A stretch of DNA of 64,000 nt, taken from positions 5,484 through 69,483 of IMG/VR virus record IMGVR_UViG_3300010348_002226; one strand, 5' to 3'. The notes beneath the pieces were generated by a model that was given only the letters and a program-made list of their open reading frames with translations, was not told where the DNA came from and made no database searches. Made by a program: the position numbers and the translations under genes. This DNA is from a virus (Duplodnaviria > Caudoviricetes). Position 1 is the stretch's first letter. Each line of letters opens with the position of its first letter. Below are positions 62,956 to 64,000 of the stretch, piece by piece.

Positions 62956-63537
62956 TCAGGCGTTGAAGCCCGGGGTGCCGAACGCCGTCGTGTTGACCGC
63001 GCCGAGGCCCGAGAGGTTCACCTCGGTGCCGTACGCGGCGCCGAGCTGACCGATCGAGTCCGGACGCTGGCCCTGGGGCCACTGCTCCAGGACGGTCGCG
63101 CCGAGGCCGGCCATCTCGGGCATGACGGCGCCGAACTGCGGCATGATGGCACCGAAGCCGCCGATGCCGGCGACGCCGCCGAACTTCTCGTTCAGCATGA
63201 GGGCGCCCGAGGTCGCGACCGAGGACGCGATCACCGCGGTGCCGGCCGTGCGACGGCCCATGCCGTACACGAGGCCGAGGCCCACGAGCGCGCCCGCGCC
63301 CATGCTCACGAGGTACGCGTTCCGCGAGAGGAACTGCATCGCGGAGTTCGCCGACTGGCCGGCGAGCTTCCGGAACGCGACGATGGTCCCGAGCGCGAGG
63401 CCCGAGCCGATCACGATCGGAAGAGCGTCGCCGACGACGGTTCCCGCGTCGAAGAGCCCGTCGAAGCCCTTGCGGACCGAGATGATGGAACCGAAGCCGT
63501 AGTGCTTGCGGCGGTGCTTGCGATGACGCTTGGCCAT
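62956..63537 (-). CDS. Virion membrane protein with a basic N-terminus and repeated (G)(L/F)GA units
   Basis: TM helices; GGFGA, QFGA, AGLGA, QLGA, SGLGA. Confidence 0.8.
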   Translation of the reverse strand: MAKRHRKHRRKHYGFGSIISVRKGFDGLFDAGTVVGDALPIVIGSGLALGTIVAFRKLAGQSANSAMQFLSRNAYLVSMGAGALVGLGLVYGMGRRTAGTAVIASSVATSGALMLNEKFGGVAGIGGFGAIMPQFGAVMPEMAGLGATVLEQWPQGQRPDSIGQLGAAYGTEVNLSGLGAVNTTAFGTPGFNA

Positions 63538-63611
63538 GGTCTACCTCTTCTATACCCGTGTTCGGGCGGTCAACCGTACCCCCGCCGCGAAGCGAGGTTC
63601 GGAAATCGTGG

Positions 63612-63908
63612 TCAGCGGGCCTTCCGGCGGCCCTTCCGCGCCTTCTTGGCGGCCTTCTTCGCCTTGCGGCCGGCGACGTACGCCCCGCCGCCGAGCGCGC
63701 CCTTCGCGAACTTCTTCGCGGTGGCCTCGCTCTGGAAGCAGTTGATGAGCTTGTCGTTCTTCGAGTAGACGCAGAACGAGCCGGCGTGGGTCTTCTTGCG
63801 TCCCTTGCGCGCCTTCTTCCGCTTGCCGCGGAGACCGCCGAGCGCCTGAATCGAACGGCCGGCGGGATCCCCCGAGGCCCTCATCGCCGAGCATCCACAT
63901 CCAGCCAT
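63612..63908 (-). CDS. Small, highly basic core-like protein
   Basis: K/R-rich; start MAGCGCS. Confidence 0.75.
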   Translation of the reverse strand: MAGCGCSAMRASGDPAGRSIQALGGLRGKRKKARKGRKKTHAGSFCVYSKNDKLINCFQSEATAKKFAKGALGGGAYVAGRKAKKAAKKARKGRRKAR

Positions 63909-63916
63909 GGGCTTCA

Positions 63917-64000
63917 CCCCTTCTTCCAGATCAGGTACGCCCCGCCACCGGCGAGGAACGTGATTCCGAGCGCCACGAGGAAGAAGGGGTGAAGCCCATG
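63917..64000 (-). CDS. C-terminal end of a tail-anchored membrane protein (start outside the window)
   Basis: HGLHPFFLVALGITFLAGGGAYLIWKKG*. Confidence 0.6.

Noticed and set aside
1-64000. tRNA/rRNA genes; terminase, portal, HK97 capsid, tape measure; global TGA recoding
   Set aside because: No recognisable signatures by eye (tRNAscan-SE and HMM searches not run); TGA terminates many genes in ATGA/GTGA overlaps.

Overview
The window looks like most of one high-GC (about 70% by eye) bacteriophage genome, not host chromosome. I found no HK97-type capsid, portal, terminase or tail genes. Instead a long minus-strand morphogenesis block (45.4-64 kb, probably continuing at 1-1.9 kb) encodes three paralogous ~240-aa proteins and two tandem-duplicated 336/397-aa proteins that share one beta-rich module (inferred single and double jelly-roll capsid proteins). 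The block also carries many small membrane proteins, modular spike/receptor-binding proteins and basic core-like proteins. This suggests a large tailless virus with an internal membrane (inference). Replication genes: DUF3987-type helicase, SNF2 helicase with a class-3-like intein, RecB/Cas4-like nuclease, Sak4-like ATPase, SSB, adenine MTase and a UDG-PolA fusion. Other modules: a phage sigma factor with a matching GGGTAY promoter motif, lysis genes, a cassette-like early region (DUF932-like, RadC/JAB, beta-clamp fragment, tyrosine recombinase) and an enzyme set with tail anchors or basic tails (3 kinase domains, 2 GNATs, HNH, Nudix, SGNH, M23, SleB-like, two Cys-His enzymes). The most novel candidates are the mixed single/double jelly-roll capsid family and a recurrent (M/I/L)xG(L/F)G tag at domain borders of late proteins. 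That tag matches the adenovirus protease consensus and occurs with candidate cysteine proteases. Several dispersed non-coding elements were also found. All family assignments come from motif recognition by eye; no searches were run.
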